Below are positions 28,131 through 37,928 of a stretch of DNA of 64,000 nt, in pieces. The notes below the pieces were generated by a model. It did not search any database. It was not told the origin of the DNA and saw only the letters and a list, made by a program, of their open reading frames with translations. Location of the stretch: IMG/VR virus record IMGVR_UViG_3300049988_000375, positions 1 through 64,000 of that record; one strand, 5' to 3'. How positions within the stretch are numbered: position 1 is the stretch's first letter; each line of letters begins with the position of its first letter. The translations under genes were made by a program, and so were the position numbers. Origin of the DNA: a virus (lineage: Duplodnaviria; Caudoviricetes).

Positions 28131-28865
28131 ATGCCCCAATCCTACACCACCGTTGACGCCGTAATTACCCAAGCCTGCCACAAGCTGGGCGATACGGGGA
28201 TGCGCAAGTACGGCCAACTGCTCGCCCACGCCCTGACGTGGTTTCAGGCCGACTACAACGCTGAAAGCGGGCAGACCATTCGCACGGTGCGCCTCGACGT
28301 CGGGCCTGACCGCACGGCCAACCTACCCGACGACTACCTAGACTTCGTGGTGGTGGGCCGCCCCTACGGCGATAGAATCCGCACGCTGGCCCACAACCCT
28401 AAGCTAAGCCCGCTGCCCGCCACAGAGCCCTGGCTTGACCGCTGCGCCCTCGATGCCGTGCCGCAGGACTGGTGGCCGTGCTACGAGTACGCGGGGTGGG
28501 AGGGGGGCACCCTCTGCGGCTACGGGTGGGGTGAATACCGCGAGGAATTTACCATTGACCTGCACGAACGCACGCTGCGCCTCTCGTCGCTGCTGGGCAC
28601 CGAGGAACCGCTGTTCTTTCAGTACATAAGCAACGACCTGAACCCCGGCAAGCCCACGCCGCTACACCCAGCCTACGCCCTGTCGCTGGAATACTGGCTA
28701 CTCTGGCAAATGGCCCTGCGCCCACCCGCGCAGAACCTCTCCAACGCCCGCGAATACGAACGGCTCTACTACAAGGCCAAAGCCCGTGCTAAAGCGCAGC
28801 TAGACCCCTTCTCCTACGCCGACCTGAACGCAATCATTCGCCAGTCTTACAACCAAATCCGCTAG
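28131..28865 (+). CDS. Head-tail ring/tubular protein 3
   Basis: IRTVRLDV...TANLPDDYLDFVVVG, tail-tubular-A-like LP.DY motif. Confidence 0.7.
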   Translation: MPQSYTTVDAVITQACHKLGDTGMRKYGQLLAHALTWFQADYNAESGQTIRTVRLDVGPDRTANLPDDYLDFVVVGRPYGDRIRTLAHNPKLSPLPATEPWLDRCALDAVPQDWWPCYEYAGWEGGTLCGYGWGEYREEFTIDLHERTLRLSSLLGTEEPLFFQYISNDLNPGKPTPLHPAYALSLEYWLLWQMALRPPAQNLSNAREYERLYYKAKARAKAQLDPFSYADLNAIIRQSYNQIR

Positions 28866-28868
28866 CAA

Positions 28869-29273
28869 GTGAAGTCGCACGAGCTGTTTGAGTTGCTGCA
28901 ATGGGTGAAAGGCCAGGCTGAACACGCGGTAGAGCGGGCAGACTTCTTTGCAGGCAAGAGCACCGCATCCTACGCCCGCACGGCCGCAAAGAATTGGCAG
29001 GGCTGGGCAGAAAAACAAGCTCTTGTCTGCGAGGCTCTACAGGAGCTAATGGGCATTCAGAATTTCGATGTGATTAAGGGCGAAGAAAGGCATGAAAATC
29101 CGCTTTATGTCGGAGAAACCAGCACGCGCCCAAGCATGATGTTTTGGTCCCTCGAATACAATTGGGATAAAATAGGGCTAGAAGAATTGGAGGGGCGTTT
29201 AACCTATGTGCGTGAGTGCAAAAAGCGCCAGATACTACACTTCGCTCAGCAAGAACTAATTGATGCCGACTAG
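28869..29273 (+). CDS. Moron-like hypothetical protein
   Basis: 134 aa, codon style differs from flanks. Confidence 0.55.
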   Translation: MKSHELFELLQWVKGQAEHAVERADFFAGKSTASYARTAAKNWQGWAEKQALVCEALQELMGIQNFDVIKGEERHENPLYVGETSTRPSMMFWSLEYNWDKIGLEELEGRLTYVRECKKRQILHFAQQELIDAD

Positions 29274-32200
29274 TCGCCACACCTTCGCCCGCCTCGACAC
29301 CGACACTGCTGCCAGCGCCAAGCCGGCCAGCTCGTTCGACGCGGCCCTGAACATCGCCCTCGAACCCGGCTACGTAACCGCTGTAGCTGGGAACGTAGCG
29401 GTGGGCTACGACCTGCCCCCCACGGGCACGAACAGGCGGCTGGGGGGCTTCGCAGATGGCAGCACGGGCGCGGTGGTATCGCTGCTCTACAACTCGTCGG
29501 GCCGGCACCGACTGGTGCGCTACGACCCGCTGGGCAACGGCGGGGCGGGCAGTGAAACCACGCTGCTCGAATGGGGCGGCCTGAACCTGTCACCTGACCT
29601 AGTGCCGCAGGGTGGGATTGTGGACGGACTGCTTACCTACCTCGGCGCCGATGGGCTGCTGCGGAGCGTGAACCTAGAGCGGGTAGCGGCGGGCTTCTAC
29701 ACCCCGGCGCTTCTCGCGGCGGAGCCCTTTTGCCTGCACGAAGTAAAGCCGCCGCCCACCGTGAACGCGCCTACGGCCGTGCGCCGGGTGGGCACGGGGG
29801 GCGACCCCCGCGAGAACCTGCGCATCATTCAGCCCAAAGCCTACCAGTTCGCGTGCCGCTGGCATTTCCTCGACGGGGAGGTGTCGGTGCTCTCGCCCTT
29901 CTCGCCGTGGCTGGACGTGCTGGAAGACCCCGCCACGACGACCTACAACTACATCACCGTCACGCTGCCGCCCGCCCCGGCCGGGGTGTCGTCGGTGGAG
30001 GTGCTGACCCGCAACCCCGACACCGATGGCTGGCTAGGCTGCGAAGAACTGACCCGCACGGCCAGCGGCTTGCCCGCCAGCTACAACTTCTACGGGGTGC
30101 TGAACGGCACGGCCCTCACGGCGGCCGAAGCCATCCGTCTACACGAAGCCGAGTGGCCCGGCCGCGTGGCTGGCATTGCCCACAGTCGGGCGTTTAAGGC
30201 TGACCTGCTCGAAGGCTACGTGACGCCCGAGCCGGCCTTTACGGCTACTGTCACCACGGGCAACAGCGGCACGGTGGCGACTGACACGTACAAGCTGGTG
30301 GTAGAGTACTTTGAGCCCGGCCCGCCCTCGCAAAATGGCGAGCCGGTGCCCGATATTATTTCCAGCCAAACCAACTACTTCCTGCTCGCTTCGGGCACTT
30401 ACCCCGAGCCCACCTCACAGTACAACCCCATTGTTACCCGCAACGACGGGGGGCAGACGCGCTACACAGCCCGGCGCGATGTGACGCTGAGCTACGCCGA
30501 CGCCTTCGCCGTTGGCCCACGGGAGACGTACCGCGAGGTGACGATTGAGCGCCTGGCGCTCTCCGATGGCACGAACGATTTGACGACCTTCCACGAGAAC
30601 AGCAGCTACCGGGTCGCCGTGCAGTTCTACGATGCGCAGGGCAAGGCGGGCGGGGTCAGCAAGGCGGTGAGCGTGTTCGTGCCCAAGCGCGAGAAGGGCG
30701 ACCAGAACTATCGCAGCATTTTAGCCAGTCTCACCACCACCGACTTGGCCGCCCTGAACGCGGAGATTCCGGCATGGGCATACTCCTACCAGTTCATGGT
30801 CGCCCGCAACGACCGCACGCTCTACTTCTTGCAGGGCCAGGCCGCCGACTGCTTCGGCTACCTCGGCCACACGATTGAGGTAAAAAGCGACGGGACACGG
30901 GTAGAGAGCGAGAAGCTGGTGGACATTATCCACAACGCCCACCAAAAGGTGTGGGTGGATATTGGCAACTTCCCAGCGGCCGGGCAGGGCTACGTGTGGC
31001 AGCCGGGCAGCGGCGACGTGCTGCGCTTTCTCAACGAGGACAAGGAGTTTATCATCACCAACCAGGTGGGCGACTACCTCGAAGTGCAGTGGGATGGCTA
31101 CCCCAACCTGAGCGTCGATGCCACCGGGCAGACCGTGGCCCGCATTGAAATCTACTCGCCCAACACCACCCAAAGCGCCCTGTTCTACGAGCGCGGCCCG
31201 CGCCTGGCTATTCAGCGCACGGGCGCCGGGGAGAGCGAGCAGCGGTCTTATTCGCAACCGCAAGTGCTGCTAGAGGGCGATTGCTTTCTAGTGAGCCTGC
31301 GCTTCCCGCAACTCGACAAGGGGCGCGACAAGGACAACGACGAGAACTACCAGCCACCCAACAGGAAGTCGTGGCTTTCGGGCACGAGCGATTGGGTGGT
31401 GCTAGTGGAAAGCATGGTGCCGCCCTTCCGGCTGGCCCCGGCCACGACCACGACCAGCACCATCTACGAGAAGCGCGAGAAAGGCGGCTTCTTTAGCAAC
31501 CTGGTGAGCAACCCGCTGAACCTGATTGTGCCCGTTTTGGGCGTTATCAGCAGCATCGACTACCTCACCACCGACGAACCCAAGACGCCCGCTAATTCCG
31601 CGGCCACGACGGTAAACGCCGGGCGCACGGCCGCGAACTTCACCTGGCTGGATATGAGCTTCGGCGGGCGGGCCGGGGCGCAGGTGCCGGCTGCGTTGCA
31701 GCAGGTACGCCGCGAAAAGACCATTCGCTTCTCGGGCGTGAAGGTAGCGGGTACGCTGCTCAACGGCCTGAGCCAGTGGGAAGCCCTGAGCCAGTACGAC
31801 GAACTGCCGCAGGAGCAGGGGGCCGTAACGAGCCTCACCGTAGCCGACCAGACGCAGACCGATGGCAGTATTTTGCTCGCCACCCAGCAGCGCGGCTCGG
31901 TGAGTTTGAGCCTTGGCCGCCAGCAGGTGCAAACCGCCGATGGGCAGGCGCTGCTTTCCATTAGCAAGCAGGTAATTGGCAGCAGCAACGCCCTGCGCGG
32001 GGGCTACGGCTGCACCGACCAGGGCAGCGTCGTTGCCTACGCGGGCAAGGTATTCTACTACTGCCGCGAGCGCCACGAACTGGTGCGCTACGACCGCAAC
32101 GGCAACTCGCCGCTGGGCCTCACCTACAAGGCCCGTACGCGCCTGGCGGAACTGGCCGCCCGGTACGCGGGCGCCGTGGTGCGCGGCTGCTTTCACCCCT

Positions 32201-32775
32201 ACATCGACCGCAAGGAGTACTGGCTGACCTTCGAGCCGGTGGGCGAACTGCCGGGCACGACGCTCGTGTATTCCGACCTCTACGAAGCATTTGCCGACGA
32301 GCTGAGCTACGCCCCCGAGGCAGGCTTAGCGGCCGGCGCCGAACTGCTTACCTGGCAGGCGGGCACGCTCTACCGCCACACCCCCGATGCCCCAGCCGCC
32401 ACCTTCTGCGGGGCTTACACGCCGCCCACCCTCACCTTCACCGTGGCCCAGCCAGCGGGCGTTGCCAAGCAGTTCAAGGACGTGGGCGTGGAGAGCCGCT
32501 CGCTGTGGCTGCCCACGGCCACAGCCACCGATACGCAGCTTAGCAGCCTCATGCGTAGCGGCTGGTTCACCTACCGCGAAGGCATCTGGCGCGGTGGGCA
32601 GCGCAGGGCGACCAACACGCCCGGCTTTGCGACGCCCTTCCACGCCCTCGACCGGGGCAACCCCCTGGTAGGCGCCGCCCAAACCATCACCCTCACCGCC
32701 CCCGAGGGTGCCGCTGGCCTGGTTGCCTGCCAGGTGTCGTGGCTGCCGCGCTCGGGGCAAGCAATGGGCGCCTAA
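29260..32775 (+). CDS. Tail muzzle/stabilisation protein (P22 gp10 / T7 gp12 analogue)
   Basis: 1171 aa beta-rich protein after the rings; YRVAVQFYDAQGK, GGYGC...SVV and C-terminal LVG segments. Confidence 0.75.
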   Translation: MMPTSRHTFARLDTDTAASAKPASSFDAALNIALEPGYVTAVAGNVAVGYDLPPTGTNRRLGGFADGSTGAVVSLLYNSSGRHRLVRYDPLGNGGAGSETTLLEWGGLNLSPDLVPQGGIVDGLLTYLGADGLLRSVNLERVAAGFYTPALLAAEPFCLHEVKPPPTVNAPTAVRRVGTGGDPRENLRIIQPKAYQFACRWHFLDGEVSVLSPFSPWLDVLEDPATTTYNYITVTLPPAPAGVSSVEVLTRNPDTDGWLGCEELTRTASGLPASYNFYGVLNGTALTAAEAIRLHEAEWPGRVAGIAHSRAFKADLLEGYVTPEPAFTATVTTGNSGTVATDTYKLVVEYFEPGPPSQNGEPVPDIISSQTNYFLLASGTYPEPTSQYNPIVTRNDGGQTRYTARRDVTLSYADAFAVGPRETYREVTIERLALSDGTNDLTTFHENSSYRVAVQFYDAQGKAGGVSKAVSVFVPKREKGDQNYRSILASLTTTDLAALNAEIPAWAYSYQFMVARNDRTLYFLQGQAADCFGYLGHTIEVKSDGTRVESEKLVDIIHNAHQKVWVDIGNFPAAGQGYVWQPGSGDVLRFLNEDKEFIITNQVGDYLEVQWDGYPNLSVDATGQTVARIEIYSPNTTQSALFYERGPRLAIQRTGAGESEQRSYSQPQVLLEGDCFLVSLRFPQLDKGRDKDNDENYQPPNRKSWLSGTSDWVVLVESMVPPFRLAPATTTTSTIYEKREKGGFFSNLVSNPLNLIVPVLGVISSIDYLTTDEPKTPANSAATTVNAGRTAANFTWLDMSFGGRAGAQVPAALQQVRREKTIRFSGVKVAGTLLNGLSQWEALSQYDELPQEQGAVTSLTVADQTQTDGSILLATQQRGSVSLSLGRQQVQTADGQALLSISKQVIGSSNALRGGYGCTDQGSVVAYAGKVFYYCRERHELVRYDRNGNSPLGLTYKARTRLAELAARYAGAVVRGCFHPYIDRKEYWLTFEPVGELPGTTLVYSDLYEAFADELSYAPEAGLAAGAELLTWQAGTLYRHTPDAPAATFCGAYTPPTLTFTVAQPAGVAKQFKDVGVESRSLWLPTATATDTQLSSLMRSGWFTYREGIWRGGQRRATNTPGFATPFHALDRGNPLVGAAQTITLTAPEGAAGLVACQVSWLPRSGQAMGA

Positions 32776-33281
32776 TGCACCTCACCGCCACCCCCTGCCC
32801 GCAAGCTGAATGGCCCGCCGCGATTGCCGCCGTATTTCGGGACGATACGCTGCTGCTCAACTACTACCACGTTGCCGCGCCCTGCGCGCTGGCGAGTGCC
32901 GTGGCTGATAGCTACTGCGCGCTGAAAGAGAATGCGGCGCCCGATTTTGTACTGTACGCTCTGCGCGAGCGCGGGCACCTGGTTGGCATGATAGGGGTGG
33001 AGCTGGAAAGCAACTGCCTCGTCACGTTCGGGCTGAACCGCTCGCACCGCACGGCCGAGGGCGTCACGGCACTGTCCCTAAAAATCCGTACCTTGCTAAA
33101 TGTCAGGCAGCCTATTTACTGCCTGCTGTACAAGCGCAACCAACCCGCCCGCAAGTTTCTGCGCCGCATGGGCTTCACGCCCTCGCACGCCCCGCTGACG
33201 CACCCAACCACCAGGCAAACCGTCTTTCTCTACACCCTTTACCCCGCTACCCGATGCCCGCAGGTGGATTCGCAACCATAG
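32775..33281 (+). CDS. GNAT-fold protein
   Basis: LVGMIGV...FGLNRSHR...YKRNQPARKFLRRMGF. Confidence 0.75.
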   Translation: MHLTATPCPQAEWPAAIAAVFRDDTLLLNYYHVAAPCALASAVADSYCALKENAAPDFVLYALRERGHLVGMIGVELESNCLVTFGLNRSHRTAEGVTALSLKIRTLLNVRQPIYCLLYKRNQPARKFLRRMGFTPSHAPLTHPTTRQTVFLYTLYPATRCPQVDSQP

Positions 33282-33940
33282 CCGCCCTCGGGGCCGTAAG
33301 CGCCGCCCCCAAACTACTCGCTTCCTGGAGCCAGAGCCGGGCGAGTCAGAAGCTCAAGCTGCAAGACACGCGCCCCGCCTCCTTTCTCGAAAAGCAGCAG
33401 CTCGCCCGCCAGGCGGCAGCAGCCGGTGCCCTGCCGGGCCAGGCGATGCAGCAAGCCCGCCTCGGCATGGTGCAGAACGGGGCGCTGCAAAGTGCCCGCC
33501 TCGGGGCGGCCAGCGGCAGTGACTTCCTGGCAAGCGCCGGGGCAGCCGATGCGCGCCGCATGAGTGGCGAGCAGCAGCTTGGCACGCAGTTCGGCCAGTA
33601 CACCGACCAGGCACGCCAGCGCCTCGGGCAAGTGCTCGACCAGGACGCTGCCTACCGCACCAAAGACCTCGACACCTTCAACCGCACGAAGGCAGCCCTC
33701 ACGCAGAGCGCGGCCGAAAACCTCGACAACGGGCTGGGTACGCTTGCCTCCTACGGGGCGCAGGGCGTGAACATGGGCCTTGCGAGCAAAGCCGCTGGGG
33801 CGATGGGTGGGGTGGGCGCCACTAGCCCCTATGCCTCGCCCTACGCGCCCGACCTCTACCCGCAAACGGGCGGCGCCTACTTGCCCGGCCAAGTAATGGG
33901 CCTGAACCGCCCGCGCTACAACTCACGCCTCGGCTACTAG
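33254..33940 (+). CDS. Small internal virion/ejection protein
   Basis: Gly/Ala/Gln-rich with hydrophobic N-terminus; follows muzzle and GNAT as in podoviruses. Confidence 0.6.
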   Translation: MPAGGFATIAALGAVSAAPKLLASWSQSRASQKLKLQDTRPASFLEKQQLARQAAAAGALPGQAMQQARLGMVQNGALQSARLGAASGSDFLASAGAADARRMSGEQQLGTQFGQYTDQARQRLGQVLDQDAAYRTKDLDTFNRTKAALTQSAAENLDNGLGTLASYGAQGVNMGLASKAAGAMGGVGATSPYASPYAPDLYPQTGGAYLPGQVMGLNRPRYNSRLGY

Positions 33941-33941
33941 C

Positions 33942-34214
33942 ATGGGACAGCTTTACCACGGCCACCGCATCTACATTGACGAGGACGACCGCGAGGTTAT
34001 CCGGCCCGTTTCCTTTCTGTGGGATAACGTGCTGGACCTCGGCGGCAGCAAGGGCGTCGGGCTGAACTTCAAGAACAGGGAGCCCAAGACCTACGTAACC
34101 TTTCCCAACAGCCGGGGCATGTGGATTCTGGCCCCCATTAGCAAAATGCGCCACCTGTGGAGCGCCTACCTCGGTGACGAGGTAGAACTAGATTTTTCCA
34201 TCAACCTCAACTAA
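33942..34214 (+). CDS. Hypothetical protein
   Basis: 90 aa, coupled. Confidence 0.65.
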   Translation: MGQLYHGHRIYIDEDDREVIRPVSFLWDNVLDLGGSKGVGLNFKNREPKTYVTFPNSRGMWILAPISKMRHLWSAYLGDEVELDFSINLN

Positions 34215-34223
34215 CCCCGCTTT

Positions 34224-34586
34224 ATGCCCAAGCAAAACCGCCCCGCCGCCGAACCCATTGTGACGCCCCACGACCCCGCCAATGATGGGCAAACCCCCAG
34301 CGACCCGGCCAACAGCGGCGACGCTATCAATACGCCCGAGGCCACCGAAACCCCCGAGCTGCAAAGCGACCTCGACAGCATCGTGGACGCCGTAGCGGGC
34401 AACGCCCCCGCCGATGGTACGGTGAGCGTGGACTTCGGCAAGGCGGGCAAGCTCACGGGCTGCCTCGTGCTGAATCACGCCCCTGGCGCCGACTACGCCG
34501 CCGACCAAGTGCTGAGCGTACTAGTACCCACCGAGGCCGGCTATGCCTCCATTCACGTCGAGGGCCGCTACCTGACCGCCGCCTAG
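34224..34586 (+). CDS. Hypothetical protein
   Basis: 120 aa with acidic disordered N-terminus. Confidence 0.7.
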   Translation: MPKQNRPAAEPIVTPHDPANDGQTPSDPANSGDAINTPEATETPELQSDLDSIVDAVAGNAPADGTVSVDFGKAGKLTGCLVLNHAPGADYAADQVLSVLVPTEAGYASIHVEGRYLTAA

Positions 34587-34663
34587 CATGAGCGACATTG
34601 ACGTTGGCTGAGTAAAGCTCGCCGCAAGATTCACCTCCAATTAGTTGCGCAACTAGTTTACTA

Positions 34664-34694
34664 TAAGCCCCTGCTACACAGTAGGGGCTTATTT
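34664..34694 (+). terminator. Intrinsic terminator
   Basis: taagcccct / aggggctta stem. Confidence 0.7.
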
Positions 34695-34740
34695 GTGCGG
34701 GCTTTGTAACTTGCTATCACACCCTCCCCGCCCGCAAGCT

Positions 34741-36495
34741 ATGAATGGCCAGATTGCCCCCAACGGCTTCAAAACCGTTGGCAACATCACCTACCTCTAC
34801 GTGTACCTGCCCCTCGACGGGCGCAGCCTCGTAGCCCGCAAACAGCCTTATTCGGGCGGGATGCTAATTGACTACGCCACCATTAAAAACGAGGACTTTG
34901 ACGCGGCACTGGCGGCGCCGGAAAAGCTCGAATACAAGCGCGGCACTGACCTCGACGCCAACCTAGGCGTACTGTTCAACCAACTCGGCACGGTGAACGC
35001 TGCCACGGGTGTTTCCAGTACCGTCACCGACCCGACCGACCGGCCGGGCCGACTGCTCGGGCACGTCACGGTGGATAACTTCCCAACTAACTGGACGGGC
35101 GGCAGCGCCACGGCGGGCGCCACCGACGTATCAGCCCTCGCTAAAGATGCGACGCTCACCGATGGCACGCAGAAGGCGCGGGTGACTAACTGGCCGGCTA
35201 CCCAACAAGTGGGCGGGTCGGTAGCGGTCAGCAACTTCCCCGCGCCCGTAACGTCGGTGAGCGTGTCAAACTTGCCCACCACGCAGGCAGTTAGCGGCAG
35301 CCTGAGCATAAATAACTTCCCGGCGCCCGTAACCAGCGTGCAGGTGTCTAATTTGCCCGCTACGCAGCCCGTGAGTGGGCCGCTGACCGATGGACAGCTT
35401 CGCAGCGCGCCCGTGGCCGTAGCGGGCGATTTTTACCCCGACACGCAGCAGGTCAGCATCGCGGTAATGCCCACCACGCCGGTAACGGGCAACTTCTACC
35501 CGGCCGTGCAAGCGGTGTCTGGCCCGCTGACGGATAGCCAACTCCGCGCTGCACCCGTGGCTGTCAATGGCACCGTGATTGTAGCGAACCCCACCAGCCC
35601 CACCGATGTATCGGCGCTGGCAAAGGACGCGACACTGACTAGCGGGGCGCAGAAAACACAGGTCACCAATACCGTGCCCGTCACTGGCCCCCTCACCGAC
35701 ACCCAGCTTCGGGCTACGGCCCTGCCAGTTGCCGGCGACTTCTACCCGGCTACGCAGGCAGTGAGCATCGCCACGATGCCGACTACGCCCGTGGTGGGCA
35801 CGTTCTGGCAGGCCACGCAGCCCGTTAGTGCCGCCAGCCTACCGTTGCCCGCTGGTGCAGCCACCGAAGCGACGCTGGCCGCCATAAAAGCCAAGACGGA
35901 CAATATCGACGTGCTGCTTTCGACGCGCACCAAGCCAGCCGACACGCAGAAAGTGGATGGGAGCGGGGTAACGCAGCCAGTGAGCGCGGCGGCCTTGCCC
36001 TTGCCAGCCGGGGCATCTACGGCGGCCCTGCAAACAAGCATGGGGGCGCAACTGGCTGCGCTTGTCACAAACTCCCCGACTCTGGTGAGCGGGCGGCTGC
36101 CCGTGGACATTGGCGGGGCTACCGTCACGGCCAGCTTCGCGCCCAAGACCAGCGGCGGCGTGTCGGGCAAGCTCACCCTGGCTAATGGCGTGTCAGCTAC
36201 CCCCACGGTGGTAAAGGCCACGGCCGGGCAAGTGTACCACCTGTTCGCGGGCAACACGTCCAGCTCGGCCGTGTACGTGAACCTCTACGACAAAGCCACT
36301 GCCCCCGCAGCCGGCGACACGCCGAAGGAAATGTACCTAGTGCCCGCTGGCGGGACGCTCAGCCGTGACTTCGTGCTGGGCAGTCAGTTCACCAACGGCA
36401 TTGGCCTCGCCATCACCTCGAACATCTCGCTGCTCGGCTCACTGACCGGCTTGCTAACGGCCAATGTGGTAATTGTGACCGTTCACTACGCCTAG
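34741..36495 (+). CDS. Repeat-rich fibre/spike-like virion protein
   Basis: Internal repeats NFPAPVTSV x2, GPLTD.QLR x3, DVSALAKDATLT x2, QPVSAA.LPLPAGA x2; beta-rich C-terminal domain. Confidence 0.7.
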   Translation: MNGQIAPNGFKTVGNITYLYVYLPLDGRSLVARKQPYSGGMLIDYATIKNEDFDAALAAPEKLEYKRGTDLDANLGVLFNQLGTVNAATGVSSTVTDPTDRPGRLLGHVTVDNFPTNWTGGSATAGATDVSALAKDATLTDGTQKARVTNWPATQQVGGSVAVSNFPAPVTSVSVSNLPTTQAVSGSLSINNFPAPVTSVQVSNLPATQPVSGPLTDGQLRSAPVAVAGDFYPDTQQVSIAVMPTTPVTGNFYPAVQAVSGPLTDSQLRAAPVAVNGTVIVANPTSPTDVSALAKDATLTSGAQKTQVTNTVPVTGPLTDTQLRATALPVAGDFYPATQAVSIATMPTTPVVGTFWQATQPVSAASLPLPAGAATEATLAAIKAKTDNIDVLLSTRTKPADTQKVDGSGVTQPVSAAALPLPAGASTAALQTSMGAQLAALVTNSPTLVSGRLPVDIGGATVTASFAPKTSGGVSGKLTLANGVSATPTVVKATAGQVYHLFAGNTSSSAVYVNLYDKATAPAAGDTPKEMYLVPAGGTLSRDFVLGSQFTNGIGLAITSNISLLGSLTGLLTANVVIVTVHYA

Positions 36496-36540
36496 ACCTT
36501 ACCACTTCGGTAAGGTTAGTTTACCGAAGTGGTAAGGTTT

Positions 36541-36615
36541 GCTGCGATTGTCCGAAAATAAAAGAGTGATTCGCTGCGATTGTCTTTATTATTTAAGAAA
36601 TATGCAGTACATTTG
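36541..36615 (+). promoter_or_regulatory. Three-box promoter D
   Basis: GCTGCGATTGTC at 36541 and 36573; ATGCAG abutting TACATTTG (36608). Confidence 0.8.
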
Positions 36616-36619
36616 TAAA

Positions 36620-36745
36620 AGAACACGAGGGCATTCGTGTTGCAGAGACATAACAAGTAGAACAAACCGGTCAGCCGGGATGGGCTCATCCCCCTGCTAC
36701 TTGCCAGCCCCCGCAACGGAATGCCCTCCGTTCGGGGGCTTTTTG
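36620..36745 (+). ncRNA. Putative ~125-nt structured small RNA with complementary loops
   Basis: Starts just after promoter D, ends in a terminator; stems 36622-28/36635-41, 36654-60/36697-703, 36677-82/36687-92, 36706-13/36733-40; no credible ORF. Confidence 0.65.
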
Positions 36746-37050
36746 TTGTACTGCGGTTCGCGCCATGAAACAACAACCGGCAATGAAAGCCCCATTTGGC
36801 CTGCTCATAGTCTTGTGAACCGTCTAGCGTGATGCCGAATCGGAGAGCATGGGGTAGGTGGAGGCAATGTGATGAGCTAGGGGACGCTTCACAAACTCCC
36901 TGTACACGGACAAGACGCACCGGCTCCGGAAGCATCTTCTTAGTGCAGCAGAAAAAACGCCTAACTCCGTAGCGGTAGCTAATGGGGGAAGGGGGCGCTT
37001 TTTCTGCTGTTCCGAACTTCAACAACACACTCTCCATAAGCAGTCTTGTT

Positions 37051-37377
37051 ATGATAACGGTTTGCAACAAGCACTACCACACAAAAACAGCCGCAGACCA
37101 ATACGTAGGACGAGGCAATGTGCTGGGCAACCCATTCACGCACAAAGCAGGCACCCTAGCAAAGTTCATTTGCAAAGACCGCGACGAGGCTGTGAATAGC
37201 TACCGTACCTACCTGCTCGAAAAGCTGGCCGCCAAAGACCCCGAAATCTGCGCTGAAATGAATCGGCTCTACAAGCTGGCAAAAGCTGGCGATTTGAATT
37301 TAGTGTGCTACTGCGCGCCTCAGCGCTGCCACGCTGACATTCTAAAGGAAGTACTCGAATCAAAAATTAATGGTTGA
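37051..37377 (+). CDS. DUF4326 protein
   Basis: YVGRGNVLGNPF...LVCYCAPQRCHADIL signature. Confidence 0.9.
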   Translation: MITVCNKHYHTKTAADQYVGRGNVLGNPFTHKAGTLAKFICKDRDEAVNSYRTYLLEKLAAKDPEICAEMNRLYKLAKAGDLNLVCYCAPQRCHADILKEVLESKING

Positions 37378-37425
37378 AGCGGAGCAAAGCGAGCATTCAA
37401 CAAAAACCTTTTAACCGATAGCAAA

Positions 37426-37647
37426 ATGATTGACCGATTGTTGAAAGAACTGCCCGAGGTTGATGTGGTGATTGTTCACATCGAAGGCGCGTATCAGCAA
37501 CTTGTTTATGGACTAAATGAGTGGCGCGAGCAAGGCGGCTGGCTCGGATTCCTAAAAAAGAATCATGTCTCTATCCGTCAGGTAAAAACAGAGCGGGCTA
37601 GAATGTCGGCTTTTGACTTTGCGAAAATGGGTGATTTTGCCGGTTGA
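37426..37647 (+). CDS. Hypothetical protein
   Basis: 73 aa in operon. Confidence 0.5.
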   Translation: MIDRLLKELPEVDVVIVHIEGAYQQLVYGLNEWREQGGWLGFLKKNHVSIRQVKTERARMSAFDFAKMGDFAG

Positions 37648-37928
37648 TTATGCCACACGAAACCTATTGGGCGCCCTACCCAGCCCTAATGTCGCGACTA
37701 GGATTTGAGCGGCAGTCGAGGTGCGGCCGGCAGTGGGTGAAGAAAAATCCTGACAACCCCGCTTCCCCCGATTTATTTATTGGGGAACTACCACGGCAGA
37801 CCCTGCCGAACTTTCCTGCAAAGAAGGCCCCTACATTGTTTTTAGGGGCGAATTGCAATCTGAGGAAGAACTTATTACTCTCTTACGACAAATCAGGTGG
37901 ACATGAGCAAGCCAATCGTATACATTGA
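37644..37928 (+). CDS. Hypothetical protein
   Basis: 94 aa in operon. Confidence 0.45.
   Translation: MIMPHETYWAPYPALMSRLGFERQSRCGRQWVKKNPDNPASPDLFIGELPRQTLPNFPAKKAPTLFLGANCNLRKNLLLSYDKSGGHEQANRIH

Noticed and set aside
36516-37070. 184-aa minus-strand ORF
   Set aside because: Runs across promoter D, the structured RNA and the DUF4326 start; no recognisable motif and atypical codons.
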